Part shown: positions 1 through 13,559 of the stretch, in pieces
How the letters are laid out: each line of letters starts with the position of its first letter
Numbering within the stretch: the first letter of the stretch is position 1
DNA from: Mobula hypostoma
Taxonomy: Eukaryota
DNA length: 64,000 nt
Direction: 5' to 3'
Assembly (NCBI RefSeq): GCF_963921235.1
Contig: NC_086097.1
Span: forward strand, 231,076,001 to 231,140,000
Position numbers and translations under genes: made by a program
The notes under the pieces: generated by a model
What the model saw: only the letters and a program-made list of their open reading frames with translations
Told to the model about the DNA's origin: nothing
Database searches by the model: none

Positions 1-159
1 GGAAAAGCAATTAAGATTGATGGGATTGCTCTTCTACAGGGCACAGCAAACTCAGAGTTTGAATGGTGATCTTCTTCTGAAAGATGATTCCATGATTTAT
101 GGCTTTTCATAGATATAACCTGGCTTTTCCTCTGAGGAAAGTAAATACTGGAACACTAC

Positions 160-706
160 GGTAACCCTCAGGTTTGATCGGCATCGTTATCTCGGCGAAG
201 ACACTCTACAGCTCACCAAACTTGCGAAATCTCATTTGCGTGGATGCTGCATGATGTGTTCCCCTGTTACAACTCAGTACCACAAAATAACAAAGCGTAC
301 ACCATATGCAATTAAACGATTGAGCTTTATAATTCTTGATTTGACTAGAGGGTTAGTAAAGAAAACAAAAAGGAAAGAGCCCTATTTAATGAAACAGCCC
401 AATGCGCATGTTGGAGCAATCTTCCCATCGGTTCGTTCTCCATCGATTTCCCCGGGGCATCGTTGACTCCCAACCCCATTCCACGTCCACTCAATCCTGC
501 AGTCTACAACTTCTCCATTCTGGCATCTTCTCTCTCCATCTTCCGCTGAACAAAATCCCTTGCTCTCGAGCACACAAGAAAGAAAACACTCCCCGCATTG
601 GACGTTGCACATTCCAGAGCCCCATTATCTCTAGTCATAAACCAAACACACTGCTACTACAGAGAAACCATTACATTAGCAGTGAAACCTTTCCCAGGCC
701 ATTACA
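160..706. mobile_element. Probable solo LTR (~550 bp)
   Basis: Ends ggtaacc...attaca (degenerate TGTAA..TTACA). Flanks ctac/ctgc may be a 4-bp TSD with one mismatch. CpG-richer than its surroundings and non-coding. Confidence 0.45.
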
Positions 707-888
707 CTGCTAATTTCAGTATAAATAAAATACACTGAGGTGTGTCTCAGTACATATGCAATGTTTAAAAATCAATCATATGTGCACAAACATGTACTGC
801 ATGAGAATACCATTCCTGAAACATTTACTGTTTTACTTCAAATACATTTCTTTAAAATAACTTTCTAAATACTATAGAATATATGTGG

Positions 889-1386
889 AAACTATAGAAA
901 GAGTGCGGAGGAGATTTACAAGGATGTTGCCTGGAATGGAGAGTGTACTTTATGAAAATAGGTTGAGTGAACTTGGCCTTTTCTCCTTGGAGTGACAGAG
1001 GATGAGAGGTGACTTGATAGGGGTGTATAAGATGATGAGAGGCATTGATGGTGTGGATAGCCAGAGGTTTTTTTTTCCCAGGGCTGAAATGGCTAACACA
1101 AGGAAGCATAATTTTAAGGTGCTAGGAAGTAGGTACTGAGGGGATGTCAGGGGTAAGTTTTCCACACAGAGTGGTGGTGTGTGGAATGCACTGCCAGCGA
1201 CGGTGGTGGAGGCGGATACAATAGGGTCTTTTAAGAGACTCGGTGATAGGTACATGGAGCTCAGAAAAATAGAAGGTTATGTGGTAGGAAAATTCTAGAC
1301 AGTTTCTAGAGTAGGTTACATGATCGGCACAACATTGTGGGCCAAAGGGACTGTAATGTGCTGTAGATTTCTCTGCTCTATCTTCT
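889..1386 (+). mobile_element. CR1 LINE 3' fragment
   Basis: Matches the 3' ends of the longer CR1 copies in this window (RRFTRMLPG...RGDLI region, then a tgtgctgtagatttct tail). Confidence 0.85.
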
Positions 1387-2640
1387 AAATGTTGCACAAC
1401 ATTGAAGGGCAAGATACCCTCATTTAACTGAATTACTGAAACCTCCTCTGAACGAGTAAAACACCGGCTGCAAAATGAGTCTTTAGACAATAGCAGCTTC
1501 GCGTAGAATTATGAATTCCAAGCACACAGTTTTAAGAGAGGCCGTCAAGTGACAGCTTTAATGAAGGTACTTCAAATGCACAAGGCAACCTTTTGTTACT
1601 GGAAAATGTATTCATTCCTGATAAATTACATCCAGAATTTCATTTTAACATTATAGCGTTTGTGAGCAAGAAGAATGATAATTCTTGTGTATTACTTTGC
1701 ATTACGTCGTCTACTGAAATACTAAACTTGAACTGGAATAGAGTTCGCATCATAGAAGTTACAGCCATACACAGGACTTCACATACATTTTATTTAACCA
1801 TTTTATTGGGATCCACTTGCATCATACCTGATTTACCAGAAATCTACTGAAACTTGCCTAAGTAATCTATTATAGCGCCATGTACTGGGGATAAGCAATT
1901 TTACTAAAAAAACGATTAAGGAACAATAAATAAATAATTAAACACAGCCAGCTTTAACTGTTTATCAAATGCTTTCGACATGTTTGCCAGATATGTTCAT
2001 GTTTGCATAGCCGAAGCTGGTAAGTACATTATAAGCCATTTTGGAGCCGATTCAAATGGCGTGCTTGTTCCTTAGAATGCATCCTGAATGTCAAGTGAGA
2101 TACTGTTCTGGGAGAATTCTTTGGATTTAAAAAACATGAACTGACACAAAGTAACCTGTATGTATTTATTCAGAAGCCTATCAATTAAGTTTAGCCTGAG
2201 GCCTGTGAGTTAATCTACGCAGACAAATACTTTGCATTGATATATCTACGAGACTATTTTTATATTCTTTCTATTCATGACCTTTTATTAGAAATGAAAA
2301 ATAATACTTTAAATGCAAAACAAGTTATTTATTATTGGTGCAGCAGATCTGGCATCTGAATTTATTTTTCAATCTTCACAGTTATAACATAAATTAACTC
2401 TGATTACCCATAAGTCGAATCCATTTGATAACATAAAGAGGTATTACTTCAGCTCCTTAGATGAATGATAGATTCCAGGACAAAACAAACTCCAACTTAC
2501 AATTATGGAGCACCTCACCAAGCAGGGAAATGAAATCGATCTGTAATCTATTGAAATTGATCTGTGATGCTTTTGAGTTCCATACATGATGAAATATGAA
2601 TTTAATACATCATGTTTTTACGAAATATAACCATTAATTT

Positions 2641-3620
2641 AAGCCTCTGGGTCCAACATATAATTCTCCGTAACTTCCGCCACCTCCAACGGGATCCCAC
2701 CACTAAGCACATCTTTCCCTCCCCGACCCCTCCCCCGCTTTCCGCAGGGATCGCTCCCTACACAACTCCCTTGTCCATTCGTCCCCCCCCCCATCCCTTC
2801 CCACCGATCTCACTCCTGGCACTGATCCTTGTAAGCGGAACAAGTGCTACACATGCCCTTACACTTCCTCCCTTACCACCATTCAGGGCCCCAAACAGTC
2901 CTTCCAGGTGAGGCAACACTTCACCTGTGAGTCAGCTGGGGTGATATACTGCGTCCGGTGCTGCTGATGTGGCCTTCTATATATTGGCGGGACCCGAGGC
3001 AGACTGGAAGACCATTTCACTGAACAGCTACGCCCAGTGGCCACACATTTTAATTCCACATCCCATTCTTATTCTGATATGTCTATCCACGGCCTCCTCT
3101 ACTGTAAAGATGAAGCCACACTCAGGTTGGAGGAACAACACCTTACATTCTGTCTGGGTAGCCTCCAACCTGATTGCATGAACATTGACTTCTCTAACTT
3201 CTGTTAATTCCCCTCCTCCCCTTCGTACCCCATTCCTTATTTATGTATTTATTATTATTCTTTATTTTTTCCCCTATCTTTCTCTCTTTTTTCTCCCTCT
3301 GTCCCTCTCACTATATCTTCCTCTGGTGCTCCCCTCCACCTTTCTTTCTCCCTAGGCCTCCTGTCCCATGATCCTCTCCCTTCTCCAGCCTTGTATCCCT
3401 TTTGCAATCAACTTTCCAGCTCTTGGCTCCATCCCTCCCCCACTGTCTTCTCCTATCATTTTGGATCTCCCCTCCCCCACCCCCGACCCCCACTTTCAAA
3501 TCTCTTACTATCTCTTCTTTCAGTTAGTCCTGACAAAGGGTCTCGGCTCGAAACATCAACTGTACCTCTTCCTACAGATGCTGCCTGGCCTGCTGCGTAC
3601 CACTAGTAGTTTGTGTGTTT
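2641..3620 (+). mobile_element. Penelope-like element 3' part (degenerate GIY-YIG endonuclease plus terminal repeat)
   Basis: ~2917-2997 translates HFTCESAGVIYCVRCC*CGLLYIGGTR (VIY...YIG motif). It is followed by a pyrimidine-rich tract and a decayed hammerhead-like motif at 3525-3562. Confidence 0.8.
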
Positions 3621-5621
3621 TCCATTAATTTAAGCACATTTTATTGCATATTGGTACTTTAGCTTCAAAGTTTATTTTTAACAAATTCTTTATTCTTATA
3701 ATTGTTGGATGTTGTTCTTTGTTGCATGCAAGTGTACTTGGCAAATGGAATTTGCTCTTGATCCTAATGTCAAGTGAGATAGTGGTGGCAGTGGCCGAAT
3801 TCTTTTGCTGCCCAAAATTGTCAGTGTTTCAAGTTCAATAGGGAAGAGTACAAATGTAATCTGTGGTTCTGACTGGCATGTATGAAGCAAGCATGTTGTC
3901 CGAATGTGACAAACTCACTCAATGCATGGTTTCAATCATCCTGACAAATATAAGCTTTAGAAGTGCCTCAGGAACACACAATTACTCTACTGTGGTGATA
4001 AATAATGTTCAAAAACATACTGCCAGTAAGACTTAACATGACCATAATCTTTTTGATGCCTTTTTTCCCCCAACAGTTTTTCTTTCATAATTCCACCCCA
4101 TCTCCCACATCAAAAACATTTTCTACCTCAGCAGTTTGACTCTTCCATTCTTAACATTTATTTTTAAAGTTTGAATGATATGTAATAATTAGTGACAATT
4201 AGTGATAAATCACCAGCAGATTTAAGCTTCAATCAATGTCTACCAGGATAAGATAACACTGTCCAGACTAATTACACTGAAACACACACCAGAAAGTATA
4301 TTATCATTATGAAATATATTCAATCTTTGGATCATGCTATTTGAATAAAATGATAAATTCACTTATTTTACCAACATTTTAAATGCAGGCTTTGAAAATG
4401 ATGACCACAAATTATTTCATATCTGATTTGGCAACAAAATAAAAAGAATACTTTCACATGGCATTTAATTAAGTAATCTAGCATATAATTAAATCAAATG
4501 AATTAAATGTTGAAGCGATGATTATTTTTTTAAAACCCCCTGAAGAAATATCTGATATGTTGCTTTCCGAAAGCAGCTCAAGTGTAACAAAAAAAGAGCG
4601 CTCACTGGTGTGCAAACAAAAATGCCATTTTTAAACATCAACATATTTTTCTCGTGCTTTGATATTAGCATATTTTAAATGCGCATTTTGATGCATTTTC
4701 CGCATTGAGCACGGAATGTTGACAGCTCATCACATACATACAAATACAGGAGATAAAGTGCATTAATTTCACTAAAGAGATTTAGTGTTCGGTTTAAAGA
4801 GCTTACTTCTAGATTGGGGTACATTTCATTAAATATAAGTTACACCAACTTGCAAAGTAATTATTTGTAAATAATTAAAAATACACAAAGACAGTTTCTA
4901 GCATTCAGAAAGACCAAGGGTAAGATCGAGCCCTTGGCAATCCTAAACGAACAGTACTCCTTTAAATTGTTTTATTTTCTAATTACTATTGACCTTGCAG
5001 ATAATCTCATGCCAAATTTTAAACAAACATAATTTCTCAACTGAATAATGAACTCAGAGCTTTAATCATGCAGAATGATGTTTAACCTTCACTCTAGTGC
5101 CTGCAGTAGCTTTAACAGGTTACATTTTTCTTGGCCAATAGTTGACAAAGGTCGCACTAATCTCCACACCACAGTGGTAGCTACAATACAGAGCCATAGG
5201 GTTATACAGCATGGAACAGGCCTTTCAGCCCAAATCATCTTACCAACTGCGCTGCCCAGTAAGCTGGTCTTACCTGCCTGCATTTGGCTCAAAGCCCTCC
5301 AAACCCCTCCTATCTTATTTACATGGTTTTTTTTGAATGTGCTCTCCTCAACCACCATTTCTGCAGCTCATTCCAACTGCCCCAAAGTCCCTTTGAAATC
5401 TCTCCCTTATCTTCTTGAACCAGTGCCCTCTTGCTTTTAGCACTCCCTGCCTGCTTTCACTTACCCTCTGTCCTTCGGAGTCGTAGAACAATGCAGAAGG
5501 GATACAGGCCCTTCAGCCCAGTGGGTCTATGCTAACCCTGGTTCCCACCCAGCGCGTCCCAATTTTCTGTGCTTGGCCTATATCCCTCTAAGCATCTAAG
5601 TGCTTCTTAAACAACACTATT

Positions 5622-6083
5622 AGTCATAGTCATACTTTATTGATCCCGAGGGAAATTGGTTTTCGTTACAGTTGCACCAACCAAGAAAAGAGTATAAATA
5701 TAGCAATATAAAACCATAAATAATTAAATAGTAATATGTAAATTATGCCAGGAAATAAGTCCAGGACCAGCCTATTGGCTCAGGGTGTCTGACCCTCCAA
5801 GGGAGGAGTTGTAAAGTTTGATGGCCACAGGCAGGAATGACTTCCTATGACGCTCTGTGCTGCATCTCGGTGGAATGAGTCTCTGGCTGAATGTACTCCT
5901 GTGCCCAACCAGTACAATATGTAGTGGATGGGAAACATTGTCCAAGATGGCATGCAACTTGGACAGCATCCTCTTTTCAGACACCACCGTGAGAGAGTCC
6001 AGTTCCATCCCCACAACATCACTGGCCTTACGAATGAGTGTGTTGATTCTGTTGGTGTCTGCTACCCTCAGCCTGCCTCAACC
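5622..6083 (-). mobile_element. Rex1/Babar-type LINE 3' fragment
   Basis: ORF 5772-6014 ends ...SHPLH...RHRKSFLPVAIKLYNSS. 3' end has aataaa followed by a (tatgac)n-like tail. Confidence 0.75.
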
Positions 6084-6091
6084 ACTGCCTC

Positions 6092-7352
6092 TGGGAGGTC
6101 ATGTTTGACCAATCCGCTGGAGTTCTTGAGGAGGTTACCAGGAAAGTGATTGAAGGGAAGGCAGTGGATATTGTTTACATGGACTTCAGTAAGGCCTTTG
6201 ACAAGGTCCCACTTGGGAGGTTAATTAGGAAAATTCAGTCGCTAGGTATACATGGAGAGGTGGTAAATTGGATTAGACATTGGCTTGATGGAAGAAGCCA
6301 GAGAGTGGTGGTAGAGAATTGCTTCTCCGAGTGGAGGCCTGTGACTGGTGGTGTGCCACAGGGATCAGTGCTGGGTCCATTGTTATTTCTCATCTATATC
6401 AATGATCTAGATGATAATGTGGTAAATTGGGTCAGCAAATTTGCTGATGATACAAAGATTGGAGGTGTATTAGACAGTGAGGAAGGTTTTCAGAGCCTGC
6501 AGAGGGACTTGGACCAGCTGGAAAAATGGGCTGAAAAATGGCAGATGGAGTTTAATACTGACAAGTGTGAGGTATTGCACGTTGGAAGGACAAACCAACA
6601 TAGAACATACAGGGTTAATGGTAAGGCACTGAGGAGTGCAGTGGAACAGAGGGATCTGGGAATACAGATACAAAATTCCCTAAGAGTGGCATCACAGGTA
6701 GATAGGGTCGTAAAGAGAGCTTTTGGTACATTGGCCTTTATTAATCAAAGTATTGAGTATAAGAGCTGGAATGTTATGATGAGGTTGTATAAGGCATTGG
6801 TGAGGCCGAATCTGGCGTATTATGTTCAGTTTTGGTCACCAAATTACAGGAAGGATATAAGTAAGGTTGAAAGGGTGCAGAGAAGGTTTACAAGGATGTT
6901 GCCGGGACTTGAGAAACTCAGTTACAGAGAAAGGTTGAATAGGTTAGGACTTTATTCCCTGGAGCGTAGAAGAATGAGGGGAGATTTGATAGAGGTATAT
7001 AAAATTATGTTGGGTATTGATAGAGTGAATGCAAGCAGGCTTTTTCCACTGAGGCAAGGGGAGAAAAAAACCAGAGGACATGGGTTAAGGGTGAGAGGGG
7101 AAAAGTTTAAAGGGAACATTAGGGGGGGCTTCTTCACACAGAGAGTGGTGGGAGTATGGAATGAGCTGCCAGACGAGGTGGTAAATGCGGGTTCTTTTTT
7201 AACATTTAAGAATAAATTAGACAGATACATGGATGGGAGGTGTATGGAGGGATATGATCCGTGTGCAGGTCAGTGGGACTAGGCAGAAAATGGTTCGGCA
7301 CAGCCAAGAAGGGCCAAAAGGCCGGTTTCTGTGCTGTAATTTCTATGGTTTA
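6092..7352 (+). mobile_element. 5'-truncated CR1 LINE with uninterrupted 393-aa RT C-terminal frame
   Basis: ORF 6101-7282 contains DFSKAFDKV, GVPQGSVLGP and KFADD. CR1 tail ctgtgctgtaatttctatg. Confidence 0.95.
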
Positions 7353-7477
7353 TATTCCATTCAGTCACCAGTCTCTGTGTGATAAAGTTTCCCCTCAAGT
7401 CCCTTGCTCCTCTCACCTACATACCAGTTTTGGTCTCCCATTCTCTGGAGAACAGACTGTTCGCATTCACCTCATTT

Positions 7478-7885
7478 ATTACTTATTTACCATCCATTAC
7501 ACCACTGGCGTTGAGGGCAGCAACAAAGGTCCTCCATCTCTGGTGGTGTTCAAGGCTTCCTTCATCGTGTCAGTAACCTCCTCTCAGTTTTCACAACTGC
7601 CAGTCATGCAAGTCTCATTTGGAGACTCAGCAACACTGTCACACTCAGATATAGAGGATTCTTCATTGCTGTTTCCGTAACAGTTTTGTTTTGCCAGTCA
7701 GGGTTGTCAGCCCTCAGCTGAACCCCCGAACCTGGAGGACCGGTGGGCTACTCTTAGTCTGGCCTCTACCCTTTGACCTGTTTGGCATGGGTGACCCTAC
7801 CACGAGCCCAAAGATTTGATTCCAGCTCACTCTTTGGGCCACTGAGGCACACAAACCTCCACCCCAAGACAAGGTTGTGGTCCTG
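7478..7885 (-). mobile_element. Short non-autonomous element, probably RTE-derived
   Basis: Near-identical second copy at 19357-19745. RTE-like 5'UTR (ggtagggtcacccatgccaaacaggtcaaagggtagaggcc) fused to a short 3' end with a taa-rich tail. Confidence 0.55.
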
Positions 7886-9299
7886 CTGAAGGGTTCCCAT
7901 AGATGCTGCCTGGCCTGCTGAATTCCTCCAAAATTTTTTGTGCGTTGCTTAGATTTCCAGCATCTGCAGATTTTCTCTTGTCTGCGGTCCTCTTGGACTA
8001 CCTTATCTATGCCTCTCATAATTTTTTAACATTTCTATAAGATTGCCCCTCATTCTCCTAAATTCCAAGGAACAAAGACTAAGCCTTGGTGACCTCTCCT
8101 AATATCTTTATCAGGCAAGCCCTTGAACTGCTATGTTCCAGGGGGAAAAAAGTGCTAATCTATACAACCCCTCCATGTAATTCAAGCCCTCAAGTCCAAG
8201 CAACATCCTGGTAAATCTTTTCTGTTCTCTTTCTAGTGGAGTAGCATCTTTCCTATGTTATTAATGGATGACCAAATCTGTACAGAATACTCCAAAGTGC
8301 AGATTCTCCAATGTCTTATATACATAAATGCATCAATACTTTCTAACTCGTATACTCAGTGCCCTGGCTGATGAAGGCCAGCATGCCAAATGTCTTCTTT
8401 ACTACAATGTCTACTGTGATGCCACTTTCAATGCAAGTGTTGGGTGTTCCAATCCCTCAGAATCTCTTCCAGCAATTTATCTACCACTAACTTACTGGGC
8501 TGGTTTGTTTTTGCTACCCATTTCAAACCACATTAGCACACTCAAGTACTCTGGAACTCATCTGTGGCCAGAGAAGAAGCAAACAAGAAACTTTGCAAGG
8601 ACTTCCACAAATCATATGACTGGAAGTAGTTCCTTACTTAAGAAAAGCTCAAATCACTCAATTTGTCAGTAATCAGATCCGCAGCTTTGAGATGCACTAT
8701 TGGAGTTTTGTATCACAGGAATTGTGTAAACACAACGGTAACACAAAATCAGAATCCGAATCAAAATACATAATAATGTCAACATTTGTTTTCAGTTAAC
8801 ATATTGAGCAATATTTGAAAAAGACATTTCAGAAAATAACTAAATGATGTTTCAAATCATAGCATCTGAGAGGAAAGGGTAAAAAACTGAACAGCCAGAA
8901 CACAGAAACAGGAATGCAGCAGAACAAATGAGGAAAGAAAATGTGATGAAAACATAAGTTTTATATACTGAATATAGCAGGCAAGAGGGCAACTTTGAAA
9001 AAGGTACGTCTCTGAAGTCTACATTTTGCTCGGAAGGTTTCTCCATAGATGGGGTCTCCAACATTGTATGTTTTTGTTCTGTACCACCTCATCATCAGAA
9101 ATTTACATTTTGCTAGTAGCTGAAATTATGGATAGTCAAAAATACATATCAAGAAACAATTTTCTGTGACATATTAATTGGACTCCACATAAAACAACCA
9201 AAAAATTCCAAAAAGCTTACAATAAATGAATTATCACACATATGGCGTGACAAGCCTTACAACTTCAGTTTACAAAGAGATCTCTTGTGGTACTTGCAT

Positions 9300-9950
9300 C
9301 GAAGACGTGCTCACGTTGAACTCCTCTGAACAACTAACTTCTTTGATTGGCGCATGTCCATTTACAAAGTTTAGCAAATTTCACCACAAACAATAGCTTG
9401 CAACTTCCCTTTGGACTCGGAGGCAGAACCGAGATGAGATGAGGCAGCTGACACGAGGCAACGGGCCTGTTGACCGGTGCGAGGAAAGACCTGAGGTTCG
9501 ATCGATTTAGGCGCCTGGCCGAATTGGAAAGGTCAGGTACAGGCCGAATCAGGGCAGTGGGGTCGAGGCTCCAGAGCGTATCAAATTGACAGAACTCGAT
9601 GTATGGATGACGATTTAAGCAGCGGGCCGAATGGAAAGGTTGGGAACAGTCAAATTGAGGTGATGGGATCCAGGCCCCAGAGCATATCGAAGCCACTGAA
9701 CCCGATGTTTGCACGATTGAAAAGGTCCGAGGCAAGGGACAGGCCAGTTCAGCTCACTGGTCAGTGATGATTTCTTGGTCCTGTACTGAAATGAGGCTGT
9801 GGCTTCGTGTCTGTGGACAGACTCTCTTTCGTGGACTTCAGTTCTGAACGTCATTTCCTTGCTGTTATTATTCGCATGATTTGCTTTTTTTCTTCTCTGC
9901 ACATTGGATGTTTGATGGACTTCTTTTTAAATAGGTTTCATTTTCTTGTG
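9300..9950 (+). mobile_element. GC-rich non-coding repeat element with internal ~105-110 bp imperfect tandem units
   Basis: Units begin cgattt at ~9503, ~9611 and ~9713 and share ggccgaa..ggaaagg and ccagagc..atc. T-rich LINE-like 3' end. Confidence 0.5.
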
Positions 9951-12900
9951 GGTGTTCACAGTATGTCCAAGAAACACAATAGAATCAATAAAAGACCATA
10001 CCCAACAGGATGGATAAACAACCAATGAGCAGAACACAGCAAACTGTGTACAAAAGAGAAGTTTAAAAAACACTAAATAAATAAGCAATAAACACCAAGA
10101 GCATGAGATGGAGAGTACTTGGATTGTGGAAATAGTTCAGCCATGGGGGCGTGAACTCTGGTTCAAGAGGCTGATTGTGGAGGGGTAATAACTGTTCTTG
10201 AACCTGGTGGTACAAGTCCTGAGGCTCCTGTACCTTTTTCCTCACCACAGAAGCAAGAAGAGAGCTTGGCCCCGGGTGGTGAGGGTCTTTGATGATGCAT
10301 GCTGCTTTCCTGCAACAGCAGTCATGTAAATGCATTCAGTGCTGAAGGAGGCTTTATCCGTGATGCACTGGACTGCATCCACTTTTTGTTTGATTATCCG
10401 TGCAAGAGCATGAGTGTTTACATGGCAGGCTGTAATGCAATCAGTCAATATATTCTCCTCCAAACATTTACAGAAGTCTGTCAAAGTTTTAGATGTCATG
10501 CCAAACCTTCACAGATCTGAGGAAGTACAGGCACTGCCCTGCCTTCTTTGTAATGACAATTACAAGCTGGACCCAGGACAGATCCTCTGGAATGATAACA
10601 TCGAGGAATTTAAAGCTGCTGGACATCTCCACTTCGGATCCCCTGCTGAGGACTGGCTCCCGGAACGCCAGTTTCCTCCCCCCGAAGTTAATAATCGGCT
10701 CCTTCGTCTTGCTGATATCGAGCGAAAGGTGGCTGTTGTGACACCACTCAGCCAGGTTTTCGTCTTCCCTCGTATATGCTGATTCATCACCAGCTTTGAT
10801 TCGGCCAGTGACAGTGGTTTCGCCAGCAAACTTAAGTATGGCACTGGCACTCTGCTTAGCCACAGTCGTAGATGTAAAGTGAGTGAACGGGGGCCAAGCA
10901 CACAGCCTTATGGTGCACCTGTGCTGACAGAGAGTGTGAAAGAGATGCTGTTGCCTATCTGAACTGACTGGGGTCTGCAAGTGATGAAATCGAGCATCCA
11001 ATTGCACAAGTAGGTATTAAGGCCAAGACCTTGAAACTGATCGATTACTTTTGAGAGGAAAACAATCAATATTGAATGCCATGTTGTAGCATCCTGATGT
11101 ATGCATCATTGCTGTCCAGATGTTACAGGGATGAGTAAAGAGCCAATCAAATAGCATCTGCTGTGGACCTGCTGCGCCGGTAGGCAAAATGGAGCAGATC
11201 TAAATCGCTTCTCAGGCAGGAGTTGATATGTTTCATCACCAGCCTTTCAAAGTACTTTATCACAGTGGATGCAAGTGCTACTGAACGATAGATAGATAGA
11301 TCTCAGTGAACAGTACAACTAGTTGCTCAGCCCAGGTCTTTAGTACTCGGTCAGGTACCCTATCTAGACTGGATGCTTTCTGTGTGTACCCTATCTAGAC
11401 CAGATGCTTTCTGTGTGTACCCTATCTAGACTGGATGCTTTCTGTGTGTACCCTATCTAGACTGGATGCTTTCTGTGTGTACCCTATCTAGACCGGATGC
11501 TTTCTGTGTGTACCCTATCTAGACTGGATGCTTTCTGAGTGTACCCTATCTAGACTGGATGCTTTCTGTGTGTACCCTATCTAGACCAGATGCTTTCTGT
11601 GTGTACCCTATCTAGACCAGATGCTTTCCGTGTGTACCCTATCTAGACCAGATGCTTTCTGTGTGTACCCTATCTAGACTGGATGCTTTCCGTGTGTTCA
11701 CCCGTCTGAAGTATGTGCTCACATCTGCCCCAGAGACTGAAATCACAGAATCTTCGGGGCTGTAAGTTTGTGAAGGAACCTCCATGCCTTGACAGTCAAA
11801 GCAAGCACAGAAGGCATTGACCTCCTCTGGAAGCAAAGCCTTATTATCACTTCTGTCGATTGGTTTCATTCTGTAAGAGGTAATAGCATTCAAGCCTTGC
11901 CATAGCTGTCGAACATCCTTCAGTGATCCAAGTTTGATCCAGGATTGCCACTTTGCACACGAGATGGCTTTCTGGAGATCGAACCCAGATGTCTTGTATC
12001 TTACTTGGTCACCAGACCGGAATGCCACTAACCTGATCTACAATCTCAGCAGATTGTGGATCTCATAGTTCATCCACGGCTTCTGGTTGGGGAAGACTCT
12101 GAATGACTTTGTGAGGACACACTCATCTACAACTGTTTTTATACACTGTGGTGTAATCATTCAGAACCCCTGATGAGTCCTTGAACAAGACTCACTCCAC
12201 CGACCCAAAGCCATCTTGTAAACACTCCTCTGCCTCCCACCACCACCTCTTTGTTGTCCTAATCTCTGAAGAGATGCACTTTAGACTCTGCCTGTACACA
12301 GGTTGGAGAAGGGCAGCCAAGTGATCAGATTTCTGAAAGTGTGTTCTAGGCATGGAAAGGCAGACATTCCTTATCGTAGTGTAGCAGTGGCTGGGACCCC
12401 CTGGTGCTGCAGGTTATATGCTGATGATAATTAGGCAGGGATTACTTCAAACAAGCCTGATTGAATCCCTGACTATGAATTGAAATACATTGGCGTGGGC
12501 TGTTTCTTTTTTAAAGATGGCAACATTCAATATCTCGAGTGCCTGATTAACATTGGTTTTTGGCAGAATATAAACCGAGGAGGATAGTCTCTCGGTAAGT
12601 AAAACAATTTGAACTTAATCGTTAGATGTTCCAGGTTGGGGAAACAAGAATACAACAAAACCACCACATCTGAGCACCACAAAGAGTTTATCATGAAACA
12701 AAGACCTCTTCCCCCCACTCACCCCCTGCCTTTTTGACTTTTCCAAATCAGCAATTTGATCTGTTCTGTGTATCAAGAAGCCGCTGGGCTTTACCGGTGG
12801 ATCCGGAGCATCCAGAGTGAGCCATGTCAACGTGAAACACAGAACACAGCAATTCCTCATTTCTCTACGATACAGCAATCTTGCCCTTCTGTCTTCAAAC

Positions 12901-13120
12901 CTGTCTCCAGCAACTGTACATTTCCAAACAAGATTTTGGGTAGAGCAACTTTCATTGCTTGATGTTTCAGCCAAACCTGGAGTCCTCCTCTCCTCCCTCT
13001 CTTCCAGCCATGGAGATGTACCTTTGCCTGCTTAAAGGTGGCTCTACCTGCATGATTGAGAGTTAAGTCTGTTGAGACTGTGAAATCGCTAGTTCATTAC
13101 AATGGTTCAAAAGTATGTTA
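9950..13120 (-). mobile_element. Near full-length but heavily decayed Rex1/Babar-type LINE
   Basis: APE-like fragments (RREMRNCCVLCF..TWL, 12615-12974), RKASS region (11639-12028), RT remnant LKFAGETTV (FADD mutated, 10489-11007) and ENILTDCITA C-terminus (10242-10499). Confidence 0.8.
11355..11697. repeat. Minisatellite, 11 x 31 bp (gtaccctatctagacyrgatgctttcygtgt)
   Basis: Unit starts at 11355, 11386, 11417 ... 11665, exact period 31, no spacers. Confidence 0.97.
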
Positions 13121-13559
13121 CAGGCAGTGCTACAGAAAATCCAGTTGTGGAACAAATGAAAGAAGAAAACTTGAGAAGCAAATAACTTCAAGCTTTTGAG
13201 TCGATTAGAAATTCAGATCTAATATAGATGCCTCCGCATGATCTCTAAGTGGCCTGTGGATCTTATTTTTATGAAAGTTCCACCAACATCCCAACTACTA
13301 AACATGAAACAACGGCAAGCATATCGCCTTGTTTTAACAATGCAAAAACATGAGAAACAGGAGCAGGAGTAGACCATCTGGCCCGTTGAGCCTGCTCCGC
13401 CATTCAATATGATCATGGCTGATCTGGCCATGGACTCATCTCCACCTACCTGCCTTTTCCCCATAACCCTTAATAGATTACATCTTCTGAAAGATAGATG
13501 ACATTTTCCTAAATATGTTTTTATCATTACAATAAATGAAAACACCAGCTCAAATGAAA

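Noticed and set aside
11355..11697. 31-bp repeat as a CRISPR array
   Set aside because: Units are head-to-tail with no unique spacers, there are no cas genes, the context is eukaryotic, and the unit derives from LINE coding sequence.
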